From the NCBI GenBank assembly GCA_964016885.1, contig OZ024743.1, positions 15,810,001-15,874,000 on the forward strand: DNA of 64,000 nucleotides, in the 5' to 3' direction. Both the position numbers and the translations under genes were made by a program. Positions 26,759 to 41,379 of this stretch are shown one piece after another. Positions within the stretch are counted from its first letter, which is position 1, and every line of letters starts with the position of its first letter. The notes beneath the pieces were generated by a model. It was not told where the DNA came from and did no database searches. It saw only the letters and a list, made by a program, of their open reading frames with translations. The DNA comes from Eledone cirrhosa (Eukaryota).

Positions 26759-29186
26759 GCCTGCTTGAACTAAACCTATAAACATACAATTCACACCATT
26801 AAATGCTCTCTAATATTCTATCTGGTGAATGTATTTGTCACTTGCTGATTGTTGCTGTTTTTAGCATGATTATTCCTCTTTATTTGATTTATCACAACTA
26901 TTTTACCACCCATTGTTTCGAATTAGCATTACATAAAATATTGGAAATCATGTATATATGCATCTGTCATACTATTGTATTCATTTTAATATTTCCTAAA
27001 TTGGTGAACCTGATAAAAGTAATTTATTTTATATCTTCTTCCTTCTAAAACTTATATCCTCAATCTTCCTACAACTATTTATCTGCCAAGTAAAATATAG
27101 AACTGGGACAGCCTAACCATTAAACCACCATTCTGATTGGAACGCCTTGTGGAAAAACAATTAATGTCTGACTACATCTGATATCAAAAAGCAAGTCATG
27201 TTTAGAATATGCACTATCTGTTTGAAAAGTATCTAAATAGCATTATTTTAGAGCATTCCTGCCATTGCAATAATGTAATGTTGCATTTATCTATATGCAT
27301 TTTTTCATGGTCATATCTTCTTTTGCCTTTTTAATGTCACTCAATTTACCCACCACATCAAAACCAGACATGATAGACATACTTGAATGTTTTTTTACTG
27401 TCACCTCATCAAATTCTTTGATTTTTACATCACGACATATCCACCCATTTAAAAAAATTCTCAGATTTTCAAACAGCTCAACTTTGATTCCTACATTGTT
27501 CAACAACATTGATAACATTACAATGAGAAGAAGCTTCAAGAGTAGAAAATGTAAATGTGGACCCACCATATAAAATTCACGAAACAAAATAAGGCCAATA
27601 GAGATACATCTGTAATTCCAGATTTTTGTAAATGGACTGAGTTTTGAACAGTTATTTACTTTTACATTTTGTAAATTTCCACTGGTTTCTTGACTTAACA
27701 TACATTATCAACATCATCAGCTTTACCATTTGAGGTCTGTTTTCCATACTTGCATGGGTTAGATGGGATGTTCCATTATGAGTTGAGATAGGTCAGGTGA
27801 CCACGGCTTGCTCATGCTATTCATTTCTGACAGCCTTTTCTAGCACCAAACCCTTAAAAGAGGGACTGGGAGCTTTTTGTCATGTTACCAACACAGTGGG
27901 AGAGCAGTTAACATGTCATGGGTTTATATATATACCTGTATATATATATATCTATATATATAAAACAGAGGATGTCTGTCTGTGTGTCTGTTTCCCTAAA
28001 GCTCGAGAAGTACTCAACCGGTCTTTTTTCAAACTTTACCCATGTAACCTGTATGGCCCCGGAAGTGTTTTGAGCAAAAAAACATTTCAAATTATTCTGA
28101 CCTAGGGATCGAATTAGTGAAGTGGCCAATGGCTGTACATAATGAGGGAGTGAGAGGGGAGGGAAAGAAACGGAGAGGCGAAGTGAAGAAGTGGCTCTCT
28201 ACTCCTCCTCCTCTTTCTCCCCATTCGTCACAGCCCTTTTCGATAGAGGGGAGAAATGTGAATAAGTTACAGAGAGAAAGAGTGAGAGTGAAAGAAACAG
28301 ACAGACTAAAAGAGGGGGATAGCGGGAGAGAGAGAGAGAGAGAGTGACAGACGCCGGCTTTTGAGAATTGTATGCGTCAAAGATACATGACAGTGGAATA
28401 ACTATTGCGTGTGTGTGTGAGTTTGTGTGCGTTTGGATGCGTGAGTGTGTATGTGGGTGTGAGTGATTATAAACTCTCTCACATGGTCTGATGGAATTAA
28501 CCCTTTAGCATTTACATTACTCTATATATACTATATTATTTTCATGGTAAAGGCTTTATCTCACATAATATAAAAATCTCATAGATTTAATATTATTTAT
28601 TTTGAGAACAATACCTTAACCCTTTAGTATTAATGTGAGTTATAAAGAGAAAGAGTAAGAGTGAAAGAAACAGACAGACTAAAAGAGGGAGATAGCGGGA
28701 GAGAGAGAGATGCTGAAAGAGGGGAAGGAACGCTATAAGTAATTAACACGTGTGCGTGTGTGTGTGCGTGCGTGTGTGTATGCATGTGCGTGCGCGCGTG
28801 TGTGTGCGTGCGCGCGTGCGTGTGTGTACGTGTGTGTGTGTGCGTGCGCGCGTGCGTGTGTGTGTGTGTGCGTGTGTGTGTGTGTTCGCGCAGGGTTCCA
28901 TTATGAGTTAAATCTATTAACATGTGTGTGTGTGAGTTTGCGTGCGTTTCTGCGTTTGCCTGCTTCAGTGTGTGTGTGTACTTGCCTGTGGCGTTTCATT
29001 TACGCCATTTTTGTGACTGACAACATATTCACTAACTTACACTCATTCCAACCGCTGCTCTTACTGTTACCCCTCTCCCTACCCATACCCCATTCGGAAA
29101 TCACATTCATCGGTTTTTAATTCACTGACGAGTTTACTCCTTACTCTACCAGTGAGTTTCAGTGTACTTCGTACTGCTTTTAGGTC

Positions 29187-32100
29187 ATGCCTCGAAGGAA
29201 GAGATACTCCATTGGCCGAAAAACTGCGAAAGCAGCAACAACACGAACAGGGCGGGCAAACGAATCGTCAGTAGAATCTGCTATTCTTCAACGGTCGCAA
29301 GATGCTAAACGTACTGCCACCAGAAGAGCACTTGAAACAGACAATCAACGAACCATTCGCCGAACCACTAATGCAGCATCAACTTCTGTTGCATGAGCAG
29401 CCGAGACGGACGACCAGCGTAAAAGACGTCGGAGTGCGGATGCTGCGAATACTGCTGCTGCGCGAGGTGCCGAGACGTACGACCAGCGTAAAAGACGTCG
29501 AAGTACGGATTCTGCGAATACTGCTGCTGTGCGAGCTACACAGACCTTGCAAGAACGAGACATTCGACTACAATGTAATGCTCAACGAAGGGCCTTTGGA
29601 CATTGTATTTCAAAGCTGTGTAGCACACGATGGTCCTCGAAAGCATTCGAGTACAACCCTGACTTTGATTACAATGGCCATCCAGACATGCGAATTGGGA
29701 GTATGTCAAAGAAGTGCTCTTTCTGCAATGCAAAAACGTCGCCCGGAGAAACACCTGGCTTGTGTTGCGCAAATGGAAAAGGAAAATTACGTCCCTGGAG
29801 GATCCACCACAACTGTTGAAGCTCCTATATTCAGGCAGTACTGCGGAGTCACGGCATTTCCTGACTTACATCCTGAGGTATAACTGTGCTTTCCAAATGA
29901 CATCTTTCGGGGCGAACATTGTCAAGGAAGGGAGATTTAAGGTTCAAGGTCAGGTGTACCATAGAATCGGATTCCTCCAACTTGTCGCCAATCAAGAACC
30001 TCAATTTTTTCAGCTGTATTTTGTTGGGAATGTCAACGAGTAGGCAGCCATGAGGAACTCCATTTCACCCGGTACCAATGTCGAGTTTATAAGGAAATTG
30101 CAAGACATTCTGCACACAAAAAACAGCTATGTCATTAGCTTCAAGTATGCCTTGGAAGCAGATACCACAGCCAATTTTAATGTGGTAATTGATGCCTCGA
30201 AAATGCCATCTGAGGAGCATCCGAGTCGGTATAATTATCCTGCATGCAATGAAATCGCTGTACTTATGCATGGCGGTCAGCATAATCCACGAGACATTGT
30301 CCTCAAGCGTCGAGATAGCACTCTTCAGCGAATCAGTGAAACACATACGTCTTACGATGCGCTCCAGTATCCACTTCTCTTTGTAAATGGTGAGGACGGC
30401 TATCAGTACGGAATTCACCAGCATAATCCAGTAAACACTCAACACTCCGTCAAAAAAACAGTTTCATGCATGGATTTCTACTCCTACCGCTTCATGGTTC
30501 GCCACGATTCCTTCAATCACCTGCACCAGTCAAGAGACCTACTTCAGCAATTCGAATCGGAGAGACTGTGTTTCATACGGTCACACCAAAAGCAACTGCG
30601 GTCCGAGAGCTACATCCATCTCCGAGATGCCATCAACAATGACGCAGCTCCCAGCAGCGTAGGAAAAGTCTGCATTCTCCCCCTCCACCTTCACCGGAAG
30701 TCCGCGCTACATGCACGAGAGAACGCAGGATGCTATGACCTACGTACGGCATTACGGCAGGCCCAATCTGTTCATCACATTCACTTGCAACCCAAAGTGA
30801 AGGAGATCGGGGCAGAACTGTTCCAAGAGCAACAGGCCAAAGACAGGCATGACCTCCTGGCCCGAGTCTTTCGGCTGAAGCTTATCAATCTCATGGAGCT
30901 CATCAAGAGAGGCCAAGTCTTTGGCCCAGTAAAGTGCGACATGTATACCGTAGAGTGGCAGAAGGGGGCCTACCGCACGCCCACATCCTCATTTGGCTGT
31001 CAACAAAAATATCTTCAAATGACATTGACAGCAATATCTCCGCAGAGTTTCCCGATCCATCTATAGACAAAGACCTCTATGACATAGTGAAGACAAACAT
31101 GGTCCATGGTCCATGTGGGCGGGGCTTCAATTTAAGCTCACCTTGCTTGAACGACAATGTCTACAGCAAATGATTTCACCGAAAGTTCCTCCAAGAAACC
31201 CAGACTGGCGTTGACGGATACCCACTGTACAGGCGACGCCAACCCGGAGACGGTGGTTTTACAGCAACAGTTGGACAGCACGAGGTCGACAACAGATGGA
31301 TAGTGCCATACTGCCCATTTCTTTCCAAGACGTTCGGTGCTCACATCAATGTCGAGTTCTGTAATTCCGTCCAGTCAATCAAGTACATATGTAAATATGT
31401 GAATAAGGGTTCAGACGCTGCTATGTTCGGTCTTCAACAGGACAACAGCCGTGATGAGGTCACGCAATACCAAGTTGGCTGTTACATCAGCAGCAACGAG
31501 GATTTCTGGCGTTTGTTCGGCTTCCCTATACACCAAAGTCCCCCTGCAATTGAACAGCTCGCAGTCCACCTGGAGAACGGTCAAAGGGTGTACTTCACTG
31601 ACGTTAATGTTGTTCAGATGGTGGAGGAACCATGGGAAACCACCCTCACTGCATTCTTCAAACGTTGTCAGGCCGATTCATTTGCTCAAACCCTGCTGTA
31701 TCCTCAGGTGTCGTCCTATTACACGTGGAATAAAAAAACAATGGGTTCGCAGAAAGTTAGGTCAGCCTGTTGATGGACATCCTGGCATAAAGTTTGACAG
31801 TTGCCTAGGGAGAGTATACACAGTGCACCCGAACCAGCATGAGTGCTTCTATCTCCGTCTTCTGCTACATGAGGTTAGAGGACACCAGTCCTTGCATGAC
31901 CTTAGAACTGCCGACGGTTCTGTGTGCAGCACTTACAGGGAAGCTTCCTTCAAGCGCGCCCTGCTAGAAGACGGTGCGCAGTGAGACGCCACTTTATTCG
32001 AAGCTATTGCATCTCAATCGCCTATGCGCCTACGATCTCTATTTGCAGTATTGCTGCAAAGTTGCGAACTGAGTAATCCTATCTCTTTATGACTCAAGTA

Positions 32101-33728
32101 TAAAGATGACTTATCCGAGGACTACAAACGTCAGGCGCAAGTCCAATACCCTGAGATGGAAGGTAGCAGCTACGAGGTCTTCAATCTAGCGTTGATTGAC
32201 ATAGAGGATAGAGTTGCATCACTCAGCGGAAATTATTTGCCCTCATATGGTCTGCCCCAAACAATCCGTACAGGGTCAAACGTACTTCCTACAGCTCTTC
32301 TCCGAGAAACGTCCTACAACGTCGATGCTCTTACCAAGTACGTCCTTGAAACTGAACCACAACTTCTTCCAAACCAACGTCGTGCTTACACCATTGTTGC
32401 CGACCATGTGCGCTATAGAAAAGGAGGTATGTTCTTTCTGGATGCTCCTGCAGGGACGGGCAAAACATTTTTAACGAGACTCCTCCTTGCAAAAGTCAGG
32501 ATCACAATGACATTGCGGTTGCAGTTGCCTCTTCTGGAATTGCTGCCACTTTGTTTCCCGGTGGCAGGACCGCACACTCCAGTTTTAAATTGCCTCTCAA
32601 TTTAACAACGTCAGAACCGCCTACTTGCAGCATCAGCAATACCTCCGACCAGGGCCAAGTCCTAAAACGATGTCAGCTCATTGTGTGGGAGGAGTGCACC
32701 ATGGCCCATAAAGGGAGCTCTGGACGCATTAAACAGAGCTCTAAAGGACATCAGAGGCTGCCAGGCTCCCATGGGAGGTGTTACGCTTCTGCTTTAGGGG
32801 GACTTCAGGCAGACTCTTCCCGTCATTCCCAAAGGCACAAGAGCAGATGAGGTCCAAGCATGCCTAAAGTCCTTTACTCTGTGGCGCCATGGCAGGACAC
32901 TGATTCTTACAACCAACCTGAGAGTCCAATTGCACGGCGACCAAACGTCTGCAGAATTTGCACAGGACATTTTGAAACTTGGCGACGGCAAAATACCTCT
33001 GGACGCTGCAGGAGAGTTGGAAGAGTGTCCATTTTCGACCTCAGTTAATTCTGCGGGGGAGCTGAAAGACAAACTGTTTCCATATTTGAGAGACAATTAC
33101 CAGAACCACGCATGGTTGTGTGAAAGAGCAGTGCTAGCTCAAAAAAACGTTGCTGTTAACAAAACCAACGACCAACTACTGCACTCCCTTCCTGGTGTTA
33201 TTCACACTTACAAATCTGTTGACATGATGCCAGATCCCAATGAAGTGGTGAACTTTCCGCCGGAGTTCCTCAATTCTTTGGAGCCCCCAGGACTACCGTT
33301 TCACATGCTTCTCCTTAAAGTTGGCACCCCCTGTAATGCTGCTGCGGAATTTGGAACCACCAAGACTGTGCAACGGGACACGGCTGGCTGTAAAAAAATT
33401 GATGGCACATGTAATCGAGGCAACAATCCTTTCTGGATGCGGAAAAAGTGATGATGTCTTCATTCCTAGAATTTCTATCATTCCCTCGGAAGCAGAAATT
33501 CCGTTCACCTTCCGAAGACTTCAATTTCCACTTCGGGTCAGTTTTGTTATGTCCATCAACAACTCCCAGGCCCAGACTCTTTCTGTGGCCGGACTTCTTC
33601 TGGAAAAACCGTGCTTCTCCCACGGACAATTGTACGTTGGGTGCTCTAGAGTGGGCAGCAGGGAAAGTCTTTTCGTATTTGCACGCCGAGGAAAAACAAG
33701 AAACATCGTTTACAACGAGGTGTTGTAA
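29187..33728 (+). pseudogene. Helitron Rep/Pif1-helicase (RepHel), multiply frameshifted
   Basis: Zn finger CSFC...CCANGK; HUH-Rep motifs LFITFTCNP, VEWQ.GLPHAHIL and KYICKYVNKG; Pif1 motifs DAPAGTGKT, GDFRQTLP and FSHGQLYVGCSR; ends NIVYNEVL*. Intronless, with stops and frameshifts. Confidence 0.95.
29401..29540 (+). repeat. 69-bp (23-aa) tandem repeat in RepHel N-terminus
   Basis: CCGAGACG.ACGACCAGCGTAAAAGACGTCG at 29401 and 29470. Confidence 0.85.
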
Positions 33729-34507
33729 ATGCAACATCGAGGAGATAGGTCTGTAATCACCATTTCTTTAGCCAGCCTGATGAGCTTTTAAACAGTCTCT
33801 TAACTAAAACGTATGTTTCCCTCGGTTAAAGGTGATCGCCTTCAGAGAGGAACCCAGCTTGATAATCGGCGCGGCAATTTAAGGCGGCTGAACATATCGT
33901 GAACGCATACAGAGTGATTCTAATGGCTGTCAATGAGCGCAACTCAAGCACTTTTTGCGGCCGTTGGAGAACGTAGTCAAAGTCCTTTCAAGGGCTGCAA
34001 GTGAACGATCAAACGGCCCGTTTTAGGGCCGAAATTGTTGATGGTGAGCCCTCATTTTAGGGCTGTCAGTAAACGCACACACAACCCTATTTAAGAGGCC
34101 CTACTTAAAATTGTTTGATGGCTACAGCAATGGTAAATTCATATCGACCAGCATCTGCTAAAACAGTGTTATAAGCGCTACAATGGACAGACAGGTACGT
34201 TATCGCTCTTCTTAACAAGCCCTGTTTACCTTTACTTATTTTTCATAATAACATTTTCTTCCTTTGGTTAAAGGTGAACACACACACGTCCCTTTCTTAG
34301 CCCCCCTCCTCTCCTTCATGAAATTGGAAATTTATTTTCCTCACAACAATTATTTTTTTTATGAACTCAGAATTGATTTCATTGTGTGTCCCAATTGAAG
34401 AATAAATTGAATTTTGAATAAACATTTCTATACAACATATTTTGCTCTTTTCTTCTAATATGTAAGGAACAATTTCATTCCCGGGCAACGCCGGGTGCCT
34501 ATGCTAG

Positions 34508-35464
34508 TATATATATAAAACAAAGAATGTCTGTGTATCTGTTTCCCTAAAACTCGAAAACTACCCAACCGTTTTTTCTCAAACTTTACACATGTAATAC
34601 TTATGTTCCTATTGAGTGTTCTGAGCAAAAATAAAATTCAAATTTTCAATGCCCTAGGAACCGCATTAGGCTATTTAGCGATCTCTTTCTCTTAGTCTTT
34701 CTCTTTTTAGATAGATACATAGATAAGACATCGCGCCTTCATAATATATGTCTGTATGCCTGTTGTCTGCATTACGACATTATGACGCGATCAGTGTGTG
34801 CGTGTGTGTATTCTTATGCCAGGAAACGTCTTCACGAACCAAAGTATCCTCTTCCCGTTTTCCTTCGGTTGCAATGTTTTTCGAAATATTTACATCTGCG
34901 TTCACAGATTGAATTTTTTAGTTTCAGAAGATCCCGTTAAGGTTAAAAGCAGCGATTCTTTGCTTAAACATTAATATGTTATTTTAATATAGATATTCGT
35001 GTACAGATATTTTTGCATACACAAAAACAAAATATAAACAAACAAGGCTGGCGATTACATAATCACATGCATCACTGACAGATATTTTTGCATACACAAA
35101 AACAAAATATAAACAAACAAGGCCAATGATTACATTAGTTAGTCTTAGTGTACTTCATACTGCTTTTAGGTAGAAGATCCCGTTAAGGGTGAAAGCAGCG
35201 ATTCATTTTATGCGTTCACAGATTGATTTTTTTAGTTTCAGAAGATCCCGTTAAGTGTGAAAGCGGTGATTCTTTGCTTAAATTTTAATCTGTTATTTTA
35301 ATATATATATATATAATTATATATTCGTGTACAGATATTTTTGCATACACAATAACAAAATATAAACAAACGTATTTATTTCACAAGGCTCGATAAGGAT
35401 AAATATATATCAAATATATAAGAACCATAGAGAAAATCCCGAGCAACGCCGGGCCATTCTGTTA

Positions 35465-35465
<1 letters not shown>
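34508..35465 (+). mobile_element. Non-autonomous Helitron directly abutting the autonomous one
   Basis: First ~150 bp resemble 27951-28110; 3' CCCGAGCAACGCCGGG then TTAG; internal duplications of 34896-35060 at ~35080-35370. Confidence 0.88.
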
Positions 35466-35504
<39 letters not shown>

Positions 35505-37559
35505 CATCATCATCATCATCATTGATTAACGTCTATCTTCCACACTAGTATGGGTTAGATGGGTTTGTTCCATTTAGAGGCAAGTTGGGTTGGGTTACCA
35601 TGTCTCGTTCATATAGGACTGTTTCTGGCCGATTTCCTATGGCTAGATGCACTTCCTAATGCCAACCACGTTTACAGTGTGTGCTGGGTGCTTTTTGCCA
35701 TGTCTTTTACATGACCACTTTGCAGTGTGGGCTGGATGTTTTGTGATACCAACATAATATATATATATATATAAATCCCAATCTCTAAATATCGAATGGC
35801 TTTGCCCAAAAAGAATAACTGGTCTACATTATTGGATGCAAATGAAGCTGCAGGTTTTATATCAGAGTGACCTTCTAGAGACTAAGAGTTTCTAGCTTCA
35901 CAAAAAAATACAAAGCCATTCCTCACTTAAAAAAGTTTCAAGCACAGGCATTACTTGATATTTGACATTTATTTGTGATATCTGGCATGGCTGGCATTAG
36001 TGAAGTCCCTAGCAGAACTAAAAAGCCACATCCGTGATACTTAAGTATCAAACAATGGCATTATTCAAAATCGAGTTGTATAATATGTCAACATCTTTAA
36101 CACATTAAATAATAATATTGAAAATCATGAACGCACATCACTGTCATCTTTCCCTATTCATTTTAATCTTTCCTTAATGTTTACCTCTAAGCCATATCAC
36201 TGTGAAGACAACTTCTCAATCATACATCTGAGACTGTACTCAATTACAGATTAAACATTATTTCCTTAGTAGTAAATCAATAACAGAGAATGAAACCTAG
36301 TAGCTTTATTACATATCATTAATGTTTCTGAAAAGCAAGTAGATTTTAAACACCAAGGATAAAGAATAAAATATAAAATAATAATAAATGAGCAATGAGA
36401 GACCAAATATCATGAATCAGATCCAGCGCACATATACAATGAAAATATCATAATTTCATTGCACCGTTTTTTGTTTGATATATATGGAGTTTTGCAGTCT
36501 TGGCATTTCAGATGTGAATTCTGGAAAAAAACAGAATACTGCATTATAATAAGTGATCAAAGTTTCGTCAATAATTTTTCTTTAGGAAATAACTTTCAAA
36601 TGTTATTTACAAATTTAATTAAATTTTAAATTTAGAAATATCAGAATGTAGCCTTTCAGTTTTGACAGCAACACTCACATATATTAGAATAAATAAATAA
36701 ATAAATGTATTTTGAGCTTCAAAGATTAGATTTAACAGAAAAGGAGACAAAAAATCTTGCTCCTTGTTATATTTTCTTTTTCTTTTTCTTTTCTTAATGA
36801 GAAAATTTCCATTCTAGCTTGTAAAATATTTTAATTATTTGGGATGATAATTAAGACAAAATATGAACAATGTTAAAAAAATATTATTCAATTTTCATAT
36901 GAACTAAAATATACAACAGCTTCTTTCAAAGATGAAAATCCTATTCTTCTTTCTCTATCCTTCAGAAACCGCCAATGATGACACTTTTAAATGATATGTT
37001 CTTATTGAACACAAGGTCAGCATTTTCAGATAATTTATCTTTATAAAATGCATAAAATGTGCTGTTTATCACATTTCAATTCAGAGAATCCAGAAAGAAA
37101 ATTCTCAGATTGAGAGCACATGATTTTATTGAATTTTATAGATTCTAAAAACAAATGATAATATTCAACGATAAAAAATACATCCTGAATATGAAATCAT
37201 TATAATGAACTCAACAACACAGCATTTATGCCATGGTTCCATCTGCTAGAAATGAATCACAAATCTACATCAAATCACACTCTAGTGGTAAAGCAATTAG
37301 GCACATTGGATAATGCACATTAGGTCCTAGTTACCATATTTGTTGAAGAAAAGTGGAAAGAATAGAATAATTAAATATATTATGGTCCGATGCTTGCAAA
37401 AAACAAAATACGACACATTTATACTTGCTCAAATTTAGCAAGCCATATATGGCTCTGAGCTTTAAGAAAATTGCTTTGGAACTACATAGATTTAGTTCAG
37501 TGTCTTCATTGATCCCTCTGGGTCAATTAATGCCTTGTGATTAAAGGAAGATGAACATT

Positions 37560-37780
37560 GTAAGGAAGCCCATATATATATGTATATATATATATATGCA
37601 TGACAATGTAGCCTTTTAGACATCTGTATAAGAACTTGAGAAATTCCTGCTTTGGAAACAGAGCTTAGAATTAAAAGGCTTAGAGTAAACCAAGCAGAGA
37701 CCAAAGTTTTAATATGTATGCAAGAAGGCAAGACTCCTATACCATCAGGGAAGAGGCCACAATCAATATGTAAAAAATGC
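37560..37780 (+). mobile_element. Old fragment of the PHD-type RTE family
   Basis: LRVNQAETKVL...PIPSGKRPQSICKK. Confidence 0.6.
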
Positions 37781-39170
37781 ACTGCTCACCTTTGCCAATC
37801 TGTTGATGATTTCTCTGGCAATCTTAGAATCTGATGTGATGGTGCACCCGAAGTAGGTGAACTGATGAACTGTTTTCAGTTCAGTCTTGACAATGGTGAT
37901 ATGGGGAGGGCAGTACTCTTCTTGAGGTGCAGACCGATTGAGTATCTCTTTATTTTCTAAGTTAACTTCCAGCCCCAAAAGCTGAGCAGTCTCTGCACAG
38001 CAAGCCTCTTTCTGTGTGGGTAACAAGAGCAGCATCGTCAGCAAAGAGAAGGTTTTGCATCAGTTGCTCAAGAGTCTTCATGTAAATCTGTAGTCAGCAA
38101 AGATTAAACAGTCTGCCATCAACATGGTATCTTATGTAGACGTCGTCCTCATCATAAAGATCTACTGTGGCCTACTTGAGCATCATACTGAAGAAGATGG
38201 TAAAGAGAGTCAATACTAGGATATAACCCAGCTTCACTCCATTGATGATATGAAAGGGCTCTGAGAGGTCACTGCTGAGTGTAACCTGGTCGTGCTGGGT
38301 GACCATATTCAGGAACTTTGGGTGACAGCTGAGTTGTCCCATGATCTGCTACAAGCCTTCTTTGCCCATTGTATTGAATATTTTAGTGAAGTCAATGAAC
38401 ATCACATACAACCCTTTATTTTACTCTCGGTAATTCTTTTGGGGCGCATAAGGTCAAACACTCTGTCTGTGGTACTTGTGTTGACTCCGAGCCACACTGG
38501 CTCTCTGAGAGTTGTTCTTTCGCAATGGTAGATTCCAACCTCTTTATCAACATCCTTTCAAGGATTTTTCCTACAACAATTAGAAGAGTAATCTCCCGGT
38601 AAATTGAGTAGCCTGACATTCTTTTGTTCTTGTACAGGGTGATGATCACTGCATCGTGGACATTTTGTGGCAGATTGCCCTGCTCCCAGCAACATATGAA
38701 GAGCTCTGGAGTTTCACATGTAGTGCAAAGCGCCTATACTTCCAAATCTCGGGTAGAATTCCTTGACTCCTGCTGCTTTGGCACTCCTTAGCTGGGTTTG
38801 TTGATCTCTTCAGTGGTGGGCAACTCATACAGCTTCATTTTTACTGGTTGATGGAAAATGCAGAAAATTGCTGATTTCTAGACAGTACAGTTAGTGCTGA
38901 AAAGGGCCTGGACACCGTGAAGAGAGCCTGACTCTGTGAAGAGAGCCTGACTACCTACACTGTACAAAGGACTCTGGACCTGATATGTAGGGCCATATAC
39001 CACCTTTAAGGTTTTGTAGAATCCCCTAATGTCTCTGGTGTCTGTGCAAAACTGAGTTCTCTCAGCAAGGTTGGTCCACCATTTGGTTTGGATGTCCTAA
39101 AGGTTACGCTGGATGTTACTGCATATAAGGCAAAACGCAGATTTCTTCACAAGACAAGATGGCTGAGCTA
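37780..39170 (-). mobile_element. RTE (BovB-like) LINE relic
   Basis: YREITLLIVVGKIL, LSESQCG, INGVKLG, LLFADDA and VHQFTYFGCTI motifs; frameshifted. Confidence 0.85.
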
Positions 39171-39484
39171 GCTGAATCATACATTAGAAAACTTGATTTA
39201 TATTTAATGTAAGCTGAACTACTTTTTTAACTATACTTCAAATATAAAACATATTGGAAATGCTTTTACATGCTCTACAGCATACTAACACTAGATTATT
39301 ATTTTTTGGCAAGATAATTAATCTAAATCATTAGGTATATCTTAGTGGTACATTTTCTGTATACAAATGCTGTTCTTGCAATTTTATGATATAATTTGGT
39401 CGTATATTTTCATATTTAATAATAAAACTTCAGAAACAAAAATTAAGTCAGGTTGACATCCTATTATTTATATAAATTGCTTAC

Positions 39485-39578
39485 ATTTTGTACGTTTATA
39501 CTTAAACCAGAGAAGTAGATTTAGCAAGACAGCACACCCTGCAGCAACAACAACCATATAACACAAACATTGATATTT
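39485..39578 (-). CDS. Candidate host exon encoding a transmembrane anchor (KYQCLCYMVVVAAGCAVLLNLLLWFKYKRTK)
   Basis: Acceptor tctttgttacttAG, donor GTAAGC; 94 nt, open, and in phase with the upstream exon. Confidence 0.5.
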
Positions 39579-40285
39579 CTAAGTAACAAAGACAGGGAAT
39601 ATATAGATTGTTGGGAGAACATAACAACACTGTTTTCATTTTATTATAATGTGGAGATATTTTACTTGGAAATATGAGCAAGTAGAAGTTTATGAACTAT
39701 TTCTTCTAGAGTTTGTAAAGCACTGAGAGTTGATAGACATATCTAAAGTGGAAATCAATGATATTCAATAAAACGAAAGGCCATGTTTATGAAAAACAAT
39801 AACATGGAAACGACATATCAATAAACTATCTCAAGATGCAGGTGAAAAGTCAGGTATTGTAGATCTATATATTTGTGATGATGCACAATAATTGAGCAAA
39901 ATGTTGCATTTCAGATTTATTATTTATACAGTTACTAATTATTTTATTTTAATTTTATTTTATTCTTTTTTTTTTGTCAGAGGAGTACATTCTTTCTTTG
40001 GTTTGTGCTACATTATGGTTTTGTAAATTATTATTTATTTATATTTTTCTTTATCTCAGAGTACCAATTAATATGCTCTGCAACCATCTTAAGAATCCAT
40101 ATTCCTGCTGTGTTTATAGGTTCAGTAAACATTGCAAGCTTTATGAGAAAGAACAGAATAGATAAATAAAAATATAAATAATACAAGAATAGAGACAAGA
40201 ATAACGAAAATCTATTGATTTATTCTATTTTGTCACATATGGTTTATGAACCTTTATTGATAAACAAGTAACTATTCCCACTTAC

Positions 40286-40342
40286 ATGTCTCTTCCTAAA
40301 AATAAACTTCCGATAAAGTTGGAAGTCAAATGAAAATCTCAT
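40286..40342 (-). CDS. Candidate first coding exon part (MRFSFDFQLYRKFIFRKRH); full exon 40286-40384
   Basis: Acceptor ttttatggtttctcAG at 40385-40386, ATG at 40342, donor GTAAGT; phase 0. Confidence 0.5.
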
Positions 40343-41379
40343 TGAACAGGAAGAAATATCTTATCCAAAGTAGTTTTCTTGTCTCTGAGAAACCATAAAA
40401 CAAAGAGTTTCTTCCGATCTAAGAGGTAGCTACAATATTTATATAGACTGAATCTTTTGGTTAAGACGTTTAACCAAATGTAATTTGTTCTCAGAATAGC
40501 ATAAAATATAAATCCCAAGGAACGAGTTAGAAATATTTTTAACTTTCTGTTGAATGCAAATAATTATATTAGCACCAAATATAAACAATAGAGTTAAATA
40601 AATGTTTCGACAGAATAAATCTGTTGGAATGAGTTTATTTTATTCTGCTTATTATTTTTGTTTTCTTTCTTTGTGTTTGAATTTAATGAATAACACAATG
40701 TAAGGAGAACGAGGAATTTTATTGCAGATTTCACTGGCTGGCATTGTGGTGTTCTCAGTAGAGCTCTTCTGCTAGAAAATGGGCTGCAAGTGGTGGATAG
40801 CAATACAGCCCTCAGATGTGATGGTTAGTTGTGATATAAGTGGGTACCTGCCTCGGTTCAATCAAGAGGTGAAAGATGTCATCTGGGCAAAGAAGAAGGC
40901 CTACAAAACTTCTTACACTTGCAATACAAGCAGGTACAGAAAACAACACAAGAGACAGTAAAGGTGAGCAAGATGGTTGGATAACATCTATGAGATTGAC
41001 TGGTTTGCTTGGGGATCCAGGCAGATTAATTGGAGAAGGTTGATTCTGACAGGACTCACTGGAAGGACTCTGCCCACATGACCCTCCCCAGAATATGTAG
41101 GAAAAGAAGATTTTTTATTAGCTGTCAAGTGTGTGTATGTATGTTTGTATATACGTGTATAATGAAATTATTCTTGGGTCAAATTTGGTGTGGTACAGTG
41201 GTTTGGCATATTTTCAAATAATATCCCATATTCATGAATTCCAATGAAAATAATGACAATGGCACCTATGGGTATATAAAGCAAGTCACACAGCTCCAGG
41301 GTCTCTTTTTCCCTCACAAGAGGCTTTGGTTGTAGCAGTCAACCACTATGGCTTGCACTGCTACAGTCATGCTATCAAT

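Larger units (their letters stand above)
27951..34507 (+). mobile_element. Full-length Helitron (inactivated)
   Basis: 5' TC start in a (TA)n tract; 3' hairpin CCCGGGCAACGCCGGG (34480-34495) and CTAG (34504-34507); encodes RepHel. Confidence 0.95.

Noticed and set aside
27291-27701. 136-aa minus-strand ORF
   Set aside because: No recognisable motif or convincing splice sites; overlapping plus-strand ORF equally uninformative.
36410-36520. Minus-strand acceptor followed by SHLKCQDCKTPY (RING-like)
   Set aside because: All frames stop soon, and joining to the 39485 exon creates TAA.
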